Source: Bdellovibrionota bacterium (GTDB taxonomy: Bacteria; Bdellovibrionota_C; UBA2361; JBGSMV01). Taken from it: 29,769 nt of DNA. The notes below the pieces were generated by a model. It ran no database searches. It was not told the DNA's origin and saw nothing but the letters and a program-made list of their open reading frames with translations. The stretch is taken from assembly GCA_044356455.1 (NCBI GenBank), contig JBIKWF010000048.1, forward strand, positions 1-29,769, given 5' to 3'. The position numbers and the translations under genes are program-made. Below are positions 1-7,623 of the stretch, in pieces (position 1 is the stretch's first letter; every line of letters begins with the position of its first letter).

Positions 1-80
1 CTGCGGGAACTTCTCTTTTTCTTGCCGGGGGTCTGCCTGACTCCGCTGCACTGGTAGGGGAAGGGCTATGCCGCATAGAA

Positions 81-1052
81 ATGCACGGGACCGTCCCTTT
101 CAGCCTACCGGTTCAGCAGTCCCTTGTGGGAGCTGAGGAGATGCTTCTAACGGCTTCAAAAATTGTGTGCGAGAAGCGACTCTATAGTGCCTATTTAGAG
201 CAGGGGGCAGTCGAGCGAACCTGCCCGCGGGAGGAAGTGCTTACTCTCGTTCGTCAATTTGAATTCGGATTTACTCAAAATCGATTCACCTCTCAGCTTC
301 TTCAGAGGGCAACCCAAAGTTTTATAGAGGACAAGCAAAGCCTAGTGCCCGAGGAGAGGGCTCACGAGGAACGCGCCCTCGCTTTTACTAGTTTTCTTGT
401 CGCCCTTAAAAATTATGCCGATACCAAGAAGCACGCAGGGATACTGCCTCTTGTTGCGGGTGCTGCGGGGGCTCCCTTCTTTGAGCTCGGTGTAAAATTG
501 CGCCGGGAGCGTTTTCTCACCTCGCTGCGGCTATCCTCTTTGCATATGCCCAAAAAGGCAGAGCGTATTTCTGGGGGAACGGTGCTCTGCCAAGAGGGCG
601 ATCCGGCGCGCTGCATGTATGTGCTTCTTGAGGGGAAAATTGCAGTGCTGCAGTCACAGAAAGTAGTGGCCCGGATTCAAGAGCCCGGCGAGGCTTTTGG
701 TGAAATGGCGCTCTTTCTTGAAGGGAAGCGTACCGCGAGGCTCGTTGCGGAGATGGATAGTGCAGTGTTCTTAGTGAAAGAAGATGACATGCCTGAGTTC
801 CATCGCTCCCATCCTGAGGTATTTTTTAATGTCGGTGCAACGCTAGCTCAGAGGCTTCAGGCTACGCTAAAGGGGATTCGTTCGGTCTCGGATCGCAAAG
901 CGAATAAGGGGCTCTATCTTGCAGAGCAGATTGCTGAGGGTAAGCGCGAGGTTTCGCAGCTATGGGCTCGATTAGAAGGGCTAAGGAGCATCCCGCGAAA
1001 CGTGGAGTTTGAGATTGTTTTGGATGACTATCGCGCCACATTGGCAGTCTAA
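81..1052 (+). CDS. Cyclic nucleotide-binding (cNMP, Crp-type) domain protein
   Basis: 323-aa ORF with cNMP motifs LCQEGDPARCMYVLLEGKIAV and PGEAFGEMALFLEGKRTARLVA; no clear C-terminal HTH; alternative start ATG at 141. Confidence 0.8.
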   Translation: MHGTVPFSLPVQQSLVGAEEMLLTASKIVCEKRLYSAYLEQGAVERTCPREEVLTLVRQFEFGFTQNRFTSQLLQRATQSFIEDKQSLVPEERAHEERALAFTSFLVALKNYADTKKHAGILPLVAGAAGAPFFELGVKLRRERFLTSLRLSSLHMPKKAERISGGTVLCQEGDPARCMYVLLEGKIAVLQSQKVVARIQEPGEAFGEMALFLEGKRTARLVAEMDSAVFLVKEDDMPEFHRSHPEVFFNVGATLAQRLQATLKGIRSVSDRKANKGLYLAEQIAEGKREVSQLWARLEGLRSIPRNVEFEIVLDDYRATLAV

Positions 1053-1079
1053 GAGAGGCCTCTTGTGAGCAATCGCGGC

Positions 1080-1194
1080 TAGGAGTCTATCCCGTAGAAA
1101 CATAAATCTACACTTTGGACACAATCGGTAGGTAGGCTGTCCCGTTGCCACCACAACATGTAGGGGTAGAAATTTCTTACCGGACAGACTCCTA
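1080..1194. mobile_element. MITE-like element, full copy with imperfect terminal inverted repeats
   Basis: Left end TAGGAGTCTATCCCGTA and right end TACCGGACAGACTCCTA are near reverse complements with TA at both outer ends; the right half recurs at 25997-26053 and 21229-21285. Confidence 0.65.
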
Positions 1195-1200
1195 AGGGGG

Positions 1201-1287
1201 CGTTTAGAAGGGCTAAGGAGTATTCCGCGAAACGTGCAATTTGAGATGATTCTGGATTAACATCGCGCAGCCTTGGCAGCCGGGTAG
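1201..1287 (+). pseudogene. Degenerate duplicate of the 3' end of the upstream cNMP gene
   Basis: Aligns without gaps to 969-1052 (RLEGLRSIPRNVQFEMILD*HRAALAAG* vs RLEGLRSIPRNVEFEIVLDDYRATLAV*); 11 mismatches in the first 68 nt; in-frame TAA. Confidence 0.75.
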
Positions 1288-1322
1288 TGCCGCCAACTTG
1301 TTCGAGATGTTCCTTACCGCCT

Positions 1323-1694
1323 ATGGAAACAGCCGCAGCACGAACCGCCATCGAGCAAACCGTCAACAAGTATTTCCGCGGAATGCATTTTCGCAGCCTA
1401 GAGGAGCTGCGGAGCGTCTTTCATCCGACCGCGCACTTGTATGGGCACTTGAGCGGAGTCTTTTCGCACCGCTCGCTTGAAGAGTGGCTTGAGGGAGTTG
1501 CCTCGCGCCCGGTTCCTGCAGAGAGCGGGGAGCCGTTTGATATGAAAATAATCTCGATTGAGATCACAGGCCAGATCGCTGTAGTAAAGGTTGAAGACTT
1601 GTACCGTGGTTTCTACTTCACAGACTATCTCTCTTTAGTCGAGACCGAAGGGCAGTGGCAGATTGTAAATAAAATTTTTCACTACGATCCCTAA
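1323..1694 (+). CDS. NTF2-like / putative lumazine-binding (Lumazine_bd_2-type) protein
   Basis: Pattern AIEQTVNKYFRG...LRSVFHPTA...FTDYLSLVETEGQWQIVNKIF is typical of this family; ATG at 1323 preferred over the track start at 1287. Confidence 0.85.
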   Translation: METAAARTAIEQTVNKYFRGMHFRSLEELRSVFHPTAHLYGHLSGVFSHRSLEEWLEGVASRPVPAESGEPFDMKIISIEITGQIAVVKVEDLYRGFYFTDYLSLVETEGQWQIVNKIFHYDP

Positions 1695-1737
1695 GCTTAT
1701 TGGATGCTCATCGATTCTCAGGTCAAAAGCCCCGTTG

Positions 1738-3606
1738 TTATGCGTGACTCACGTATTCCGAACGCACTAAAATACCTGTCGGCTGCAGAAGCCAGTAGCT
1801 AGTGACCGTATTCCGCAGGAAGCTGACGTCATGACTTACGAGGAGTAGAGCACCCTTAAAATCAACGAGGGCTCGCTCGAGCGCACGTCGACTTGAGATA
1901 TCAAGGTGGTTAGTGGGCTCGTCCAGCACTATGATCGATGGCTCCTTCAGAAGGATCTCCGCAACCGCAACTTTGGTACGTTCTCCTCCACTTAGATAGC
2001 GGAGCGGAATCTCTATGCTTGTCGGTTCAAGCTGAAGGTCGCCCAAAACCTGACGTATTCTGCGGTACGAGCTTCGGGAAGTTGACTCGAGTAGTTCGAT
2101 TGAAGTGAGGTTTTCGGCCATCTCGCTTTCAATCTGAGAAAGGTATCCAATCTCAACCCCGGGCCCAATTAGGACCTCGCCTGCAAGAGGGGGAAGATCT
2201 CCCACAAGTGTCTTTAAGAGCGTCGATTTCCCAATTCCATTTCGCCCAATGACTCCGATTCTGCTGGCGGGGGGGATATCTAGCCGCTCAATAGCGGGCA
2301 GCAGGGCTCGAGAGCCGTATCCAATCACTACATTTCGAAGAGAACACATTTGGTCGGGAGGACGCCCCACTGTTCTAAATTTGAGGTTCGCAACTTCCGC
2401 AGGAGAGTGACTGATGCGTGGCAGATCCTTCCTCAGTCGCTCAGCTTTGTCACGGTAGGTTCGGGCTTTGGCTGATGTAGTTCCTCGATTCAACCTCTGG
2501 TAGGTCTCTAAGGCTCTTTCAATCGCTTTCTCCTTTGCTTCATAGCTCCGTTGCTCTGAGAGGTGGGAGCGGGTTTTTTGTTCCTCGAATTGCCTGTAAT
2601 TTCCCGGGTATTCAACAGCTTTCCCATTTTCCAGCTCTACCATGCTCGTGAAGTGCTGATTGAGAAAATCGCGCTCATGGGAAACGCATAAAACAGCCCG
2701 CGGCCATTGAGCGATAAAAGAGCTGAGCCATTGTAGCCCCTCTACGTCCATACTATTCGTCGGTTCATCAAGAATAATTAGATCGGGAGCGTCAAGGACG
2801 ATTTTCGCTAGTAGAAGTCGCGTGAGTTGGCCTCCGCTGAGGGTGTTTACCGCTTGGTATGCAATTTCTCCCCCCAAGCCAAAGGCATCTAACAGCTCAA
2901 AATATCTGCCCTCAATTTCGAATCCATGGCTCCTTTCAAAATTTTCGAGAGCATCACAGAGCTGCTGCGAGTACTTGAAGAGTTCTTGGTCTCTCTTCGC
3001 GCCGGATAGCCTCGCTTGTGCCTCGTCAATTTCACTCCTGAGAAGATTGAGCCGAGTAGGTGCTTTGCGTATCTCTTGCACTACGAGTTGCGTTGACTCA
3101 GCAAATGCCGCTGGAGTCACTTGTGGAAGGTAGGCAAACGTTCGGTCTGGAGCGATGCTCACCGTCCCGCTGTCTGGCAAAATTTCCCCCGAAAGCATCC
3201 TCAAGAGTGTAGATTTACCAGTGCCATTCCTTCCCACTATGGCTTTCTTTTCACTCGCACCTATCGATAAAGTTACCTCCCTCAAGAGTTCACGTTCCCC
3301 GAGCTTCAAGCCAACCTTATAAAATGATGCAACTGCCCCATCTCGTGCGACGGAGCGATCGGAGAAATAGGACGGGAGAGTAAGTGTGGAGGAGGGGTAG
3401 CGCCCCTTTTCCGGAAGTGCGAGTTCTCTTCGGAGTCGCGTGACGATCTCGGCTGCTGAACTAGAATTCCCGTGAGGCAGGAGTTCTGATCCAAGGTGAA
3501 ATAAATCCTGTGCCTCCTTGCGGCCTTTGCCCAGTCGAATTTGTATCTCGCTCACCAACGCCTCGACAACTCCGCTCGGGAGATGGTGACTTGCTTCAAG
3601 ACTCAA
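1738..3606 (-). CDS. ABC-F family ATPase (ribosome-associated, no transmembrane domain)
   Basis: Two ABC domains: GRNGTGKST / LSGGQ / LDEPTN / SHER and GRNGIGKST / LSGGE / LDEPTNHLD / SHD, joined by a helical linker; probable TTG start at 3606 after GAGGAG (track extends to 3774). Confidence 0.9.
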   Translation of the reverse strand: MSLEASHHLPSGVVEALVSEIQIRLGKGRKEAQDLFHLGSELLPHGNSSSAAEIVTRLRRELALPEKGRYPSSTLTLPSYFSDRSVARDGAVASFYKVGLKLGERELLREVTLSIGASEKKAIVGRNGTGKSTLLRMLSGEILPDSGTVSIAPDRTFAYLPQVTPAAFAESTQLVVQEIRKAPTRLNLLRSEIDEAQARLSGAKRDQELFKYSQQLCDALENFERSHGFEIEGRYFELLDAFGLGGEIAYQAVNTLSGGQLTRLLLAKIVLDAPDLIILDEPTNSMDVEGLQWLSSFIAQWPRAVLCVSHERDFLNQHFTSMVELENGKAVEYPGNYRQFEEQKTRSHLSEQRSYEAKEKAIERALETYQRLNRGTTSAKARTYRDKAERLRKDLPRISHSPAEVANLKFRTVGRPPDQMCSLRNVVIGYGSRALLPAIERLDIPPASRIGVIGRNGIGKSTLLKTLVGDLPPLAGEVLIGPGVEIGYLSQIESEMAENLTSIELLESTSRSSYRRIRQVLGDLQLEPTSIEIPLRYLSGGERTKVAVAEILLKEPSIIVLDEPTNHLDISSRRALERALVDFKGALLLVSHDVSFLRNTVTSYWLLQPTGILVRSEYVSHA

Positions 3607-3661
3607 GGTATTCTCCTCGGAAATGTTGCTTCGTAAACACGCCTTCGGCAGTTTCACGAAT

Positions 3662-4459
3662 ATGGCTAAAATACCGCTAAATACTGATATTTCCTTCCCT
3701 CGCGATAACGAGAGAGAGCCTTTTTCTGCTTGCGCAACGAGTGCAAGTTTGGCGCATGCACGGGACCTATACAATCAGTGCAGCGGCGATTCTGAATTCT
3801 TCTCTGATTCTGTGTTTCTTTCTTTTCATCGATTAGTCGAGTCTTATGCTAATTCTTCTTCATGCGGGGAAGTAACAGGCCGAATCGCAAAGTACTATGT
3901 GGGACCCGGCGATAGAGCTTTCGCTGCTGCGCAAGAGTTTCATTTATTACCCTTTGTGATGACGCGCTTTTCACTCGACAGCGAGCAACAAGCATTCCAT
4001 CCCGCCTGTGATTTTCGCTCGACAGGTGGAGCTGAGTATCACATCTGCCCGGATGCTCCGTTCGGTGATGTTATTTTTTGGAAGGGGACTCCTCAAGCCT
4101 TAGTTGCGTATCGCCCCTGTGATCCAGATACCTTGATGATCTGTCAGATCCAGGGCACCAGAGGGTACATTTTTGATTTGGAGACTGGCGCTCCCAGAGA
4201 GACCCATAATCGCGGCTTAGCAAAGTTGCGGTGGAAGGACTTCCTCGTAGAGCATGTCGCTGAGAGGGCGAAGACTCTTGGATTTCGGAATTTGAAGATC
4301 CTCGCACCTGAGAATAATCCGTGGGTGGTTCCTTCGAGAGTTCGCGATGGTCCCCCTCACATGTCTCTTGAGAAGGCAAAAGAGATTTACGACACTATTG
4401 CGTTGAGGCATGGGTTTGAGAAGGCATCTGATGGAAATTGGCATAAGTCTCTTCTCTGA
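3662..4459 (+). CDS. Hypothetical protein, possibly GNAT-like fold
   Basis: Long ORF overlapping the next gene; C-terminal half ICQIQG...LRWKDFLVEHVAERAKTLGFRNLKI...YDTIALRHGF loosely resembles acetyltransferase motifs A and B; start uncertain (3623 or 3662). Confidence 0.6.
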   Translation: MAKIPLNTDISFPRDNEREPFSACATSASLAHARDLYNQCSGDSEFFSDSVFLSFHRLVESYANSSSCGEVTGRIAKYYVGPGDRAFAAAQEFHLLPFVMTRFSLDSEQQAFHPACDFRSTGGAEYHICPDAPFGDVIFWKGTPQALVAYRPCDPDTLMICQIQGTRGYIFDLETGAPRETHNRGLAKLRWKDFLVEHVAERAKTLGFRNLKILAPENNPWVVPSRVRDGPPHMSLEKAKEIYDTIALRHGFEKASDGNWHKSLL

Positions 4460-5375
4460 TTGTCCCCAGGGTCAGGTGTATGTGGCGAGACGTGATATCT
4501 TTCCTCTGAGAGAGAAGGCTGAGGAGCTACTCGCTCGCTGCGTCCAAGATCGCTATATTTCTCCCTTAGTTGAGGAGGAAGACCTTTGGCGCTTTCATGT
4601 CCAATCACCTACAGACTCGGGCTGGTACCGAGATCCGGATCTCGGAAAGCATTTGCTTGATTTGGGATACCACATTGAAGACCTCCCGACGAGCTACACA
4701 CTCTTCCCCGGAAAACTTCCAATCTTATGGTCATTCCATCATTGCTGGGCCCTCCTCGCGTGGTCCTTGATTTTCTCTGACATCGTTTCTTCACGACAGG
4801 TTCGTTTGCTTCATTTTGATGCTCACGACGATATGGCCACTCCTGCTCTTCGCTACCTACCTGATGGGAGCTTTTCTACACCTACAAGCCTCGAAGCCCT
4901 GCGGTTAGAGGACCCTTGGTCAACCCATACTTTTATTCGGCGGGGACTCGTCGGCATTGGTGGATTCATCCAGCCTCTGCTTCAGAGGGTGCCGCACGTT
5001 GAAATGACTCATGTAGTGCCTGCGGGAGAGCAGTTGAGGTCAACGGAAGGGGGAGTTGCTTCGTTTCAACTTAATGCCACCAGTCTCAGGGCATTTCAGG
5101 CCGAGAACTCCAACCCTATATTATTAGACATAGATCTCGATTATTTCTGCAATGAACTAGATAATCATCGCGAGCAGCGGGTACAACTGGACGATGTGAT
5201 CCTGAGCGGGCGAATGTATGAGTTCCTCGCGCTCTTGGAAGAATTTTCTGTCATGAAGAGTGTGATCGGGATCACTTGCTCGCTCTCCGCCGGATTTTAT
5301 CCATCGAGGTTTTGGTCCTTGTTCTTTGATATCCTTCTTCCACGATTACAGCATCTTGCTGCCAGCAATGAGTGA
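4431..5375 (+). CDS. UPF0489 / arginase-fold metalloenzyme (candidate peptide arginase)
   Basis: Motifs HHCWALLAW, LLHFDAHDD (DxHxD), LLDIDLDYF (DxD) and C-terminal SAGFYP; overlaps both neighbours; start at 4410 or 4431. Confidence 0.75.
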   Translation: MEIGISLFSDCPQGQVYVARRDIFPLREKAEELLARCVQDRYISPLVEEEDLWRFHVQSPTDSGWYRDPDLGKHLLDLGYHIEDLPTSYTLFPGKLPILWSFHHCWALLAWSLIFSDIVSSRQVRLLHFDAHDDMATPALRYLPDGSFSTPTSLEALRLEDPWSTHTFIRRGLVGIGGFIQPLLQRVPHVEMTHVVPAGEQLRSTEGGVASFQLNATSLRAFQAENSNPILLDIDLDYFCNELDNHREQRVQLDDVILSGRMYEFLALLEEFSVMKSVIGITCSLSAGFYPSRFWSLFFDILLPRLQHLAASNE

Positions 5376-6855
5376 AGCCCTTCTCGAAAGATTGTATCTT
5401 CGCCTCAAGGGAGTCGCTACGCTTAGCGCTCTTGAGCAGCAAGTGCTGTGGCGAGAAGCTACCCAATGCGTCGATGCCTTCAACCTTCTGCCGAGCAGTA
5501 CCGGTGCCCTCCTTGAGAGTCTTGCTTTGCTCAGACGCCGGCTGCGCGAGGGAGAGGAAACAAGAAGTATGGTCAGGGCTCTGTCGGCGGCTGAACTGTC
5601 GTCTCACGACCACTTCAATGTCGCTCAGATTGCTAGAGAACTGACACGAGACCAGAGAATTCCTGATTCTCTCAAAGACCTGAAAGATTCTCTCATAGCA
5701 AAGGCGATAACAGGATACCGTGCGGCCGAATCCAGCGGCGACTTCCGGATAGTAGAGCCTCTCTATTCGGCCTTATTCAAAGTCTGGCGTCAGGAGTCGT
5801 CCTACTTCCCAGAATATTCTCATCCCTACAATTACTTTCTCGATCTCTTTAGTCCCGGACTTCAGTGGGAGTTTCTTAGAGAAGCCATGCACACACTCGA
5901 TCCAAAGCGATGGATGGCAAAACCTAAGCCGAGAACCTCTTCCCGAAGGGGCCCGCTAGGCGAGCTTCCTCTCGGCGTGGAAGTTCAGAAGTTGGTAATT
6001 GCAAGGATAGCCGAGCACTTTGGTTTGGCGGGCCATCTCGTATGCGCACAGGGTAGCCCAGCACTCTATAATTGTGGGCCAGGAGATCAGCGCCTTGCAC
6101 TTCGCTTCGATCCTTGGGACTTTCGCGTCGCTTTGTTTGATGCGTTGCATGAAATGGGACATGCACTCTATAATTTCCGTCTCCCAAAGCAGTATTGGGG
6201 AGCTCCTTTGGGGAGTGAGGCATCTGTCGCAGCCCAGGAGACCCTCGCGAAGTTTTTTGAGAACTGTTTGGGTCGTGACCCATCGTTTTTATCCTTTATA
6301 TTTTCCCTTGTTCGTGATTTCGCGGCACCTCTCGGTGTGACCTGGGAGCTAGAGGATCTGGTTTGTTCAGCAAATCGGAGAAATTTTTTGCACACTCGGA
6401 TAGACGCAGATGAAGTAACGTATCTATTTCACCTGCGGCATCGACTGGAGCTAGAAGCAGAAATAGCATCGGCACAAATTCTTGATGCGGAGTCTGCTCG
6501 AACACGTTGGAATGAGCTCCACGCGGTTTTTCTTGGAACAAGCCCTCCCTCCGACAAAACCGGGATCCTCCAGGAGGCGAGTTGGGCATACGGGACACTC
6601 GGCTATTTTGGAGCCTATTTCATCGGGAACATTGCAGCATTTCGCCTTTTCCTTCAGCTTCAGGAGTCCTTCCCAAGGGAGCTCACGCCGTGGCTCTGCG
6701 CAGGGGAATGCATGCCTATTCTAGAGTGGCTGGATGAGCGCGTAATTTCTCGTGGCGCGAAAAGTGCGGTGGCTGAGTTTAAGGAAAGCGGCGAGCTCAC
6801 AGAAACGTTTTCCCGTTATCTTGATTCGCTGCGCTCTCGTTACGGCGGGTCCTAA
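5368..6855 (+). CDS. Divergent M32 (carboxypeptidase Taq-like) metallocarboxypeptidase
   Basis: HEMGHALY (HExxH), RIDADEVTY.FH..R.ELE, GILQE..W..G.LGYFGAY.IGN; about 495 aa; ATG at 5368 overlaps the upstream stop (ATGAGTGA). Confidence 0.85.
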   Translation: MSEALLERLYLRLKGVATLSALEQQVLWREATQCVDAFNLLPSSTGALLESLALLRRRLREGEETRSMVRALSAAELSSHDHFNVAQIARELTRDQRIPDSLKDLKDSLIAKAITGYRAAESSGDFRIVEPLYSALFKVWRQESSYFPEYSHPYNYFLDLFSPGLQWEFLREAMHTLDPKRWMAKPKPRTSSRRGPLGELPLGVEVQKLVIARIAEHFGLAGHLVCAQGSPALYNCGPGDQRLALRFDPWDFRVALFDALHEMGHALYNFRLPKQYWGAPLGSEASVAAQETLAKFFENCLGRDPSFLSFIFSLVRDFAAPLGVTWELEDLVCSANRRNFLHTRIDADEVTYLFHLRHRLELEAEIASAQILDAESARTRWNELHAVFLGTSPPSDKTGILQEASWAYGTLGYFGAYFIGNIAAFRLFLQLQESFPRELTPWLCAGECMPILEWLDERVISRGAKSAVAEFKESGELTETFSRYLDSLRSRYGGS

Positions 6856-6878
6856 TCAGTCCTAGAGCTGTCCGACCT

Positions 6879-7613
6879 CTATTCGGCAAAAATCATGAAT
6901 CGAATTCGCGGATAGTCGGTTCTTGGCATACGATGGAGAAGCGGCCTTCCGGACGAGGAGTCACCTTTCCAGATGCCTATTGAGCCTCTCGACATAGACC
7001 GAATTGATTCTTTGCCCGACTTGAGAAACGGCGCCGATTCGTCCATGGTTCTGAGTCTTGCAATACCGAGCTCTTTCTCGTCGCCGCTCTGAAGCCTCTC
7101 GAGTGAGGAAGCGAGACTGTGCCGCGCTTCCCAATAGCTCTGATAGGCTTTCCAGTTAACTTCGTCGTAAAGAGCATACTCTGTTCCCGGCCCGTCGTAC
7201 GTACACAACATCGCAGCTTGATAGCCGTCAGTGTGAAAGATGCAGTCATCAATTGGCAGCTTCCCGCGTGAGAAAATCCCAGAAAAGTAATTGCCCTTTG
7301 TTAAGGAAGCAAAGCAATCAATTTGGGCGAGGATGTCCTCAATCGTCCGATTGGCGATCTCGGTGCCCCCAAGCACCTCTTGAAGTTTCTCGTTGGCAAT
7401 TCGCATGAGTCCAATTGCATCGCCTTCCAAAGACACCGATACTCGCTCCCCAGCCAGGCCTAAAACGGCTCTCGGGTTGGGTGCGTCGGCTCTCTCAATG
7501 AGCAAAAGTTCGGTCTCCTCCGAATGAAACGATGCATGGAGGGCATCGATATCAAGCAGAGAAGAATATACTCCGACAGGGAGCGCGGGTTGATTCTGAA
7601 GAGCGAGTCCCAT
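6879..7613 (-). CDS. DUF1826-like protein (putative Fe(II)/2-oxoglutarate oxygenase fold)
   Basis: FHTDG...LCTYDGPGTEY...KG...LLHRMP...R pattern (HxD...H facial triad); ATG at 7613 with RBS GAGGTG just after the radical SAM stop. Confidence 0.75.
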   Translation of the reverse strand: MGLALQNQPALPVGVYSSLLDIDALHASFHSEETELLLIERADAPNPRAVLGLAGERVSVSLEGDAIGLMRIANEKLQEVLGGTEIANRTIEDILAQIDCFASLTKGNYFSGIFSRGKLPIDDCIFHTDGYQAAMLCTYDGPGTEYALYDEVNWKAYQSYWEARHSLASSLERLQSGDEKELGIARLRTMDESAPFLKSGKESIRSMSRGSIGIWKGDSSSGRPLLHRMPRTDYPRIRFMIFAE

Positions 7614-7623
7614 ATTCACCTCA

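Noticed and set aside
969..1287. Diversity-generating retroelement VR/TR pair
   Set aside because: Mismatches are not adenine-specific and there is no reverse transcriptase in the window.
6856..6880. CCTAGAGCTGTCCGAC as a fifth MITE end
   Set aside because: The match is too short and gapped to distinguish from chance.
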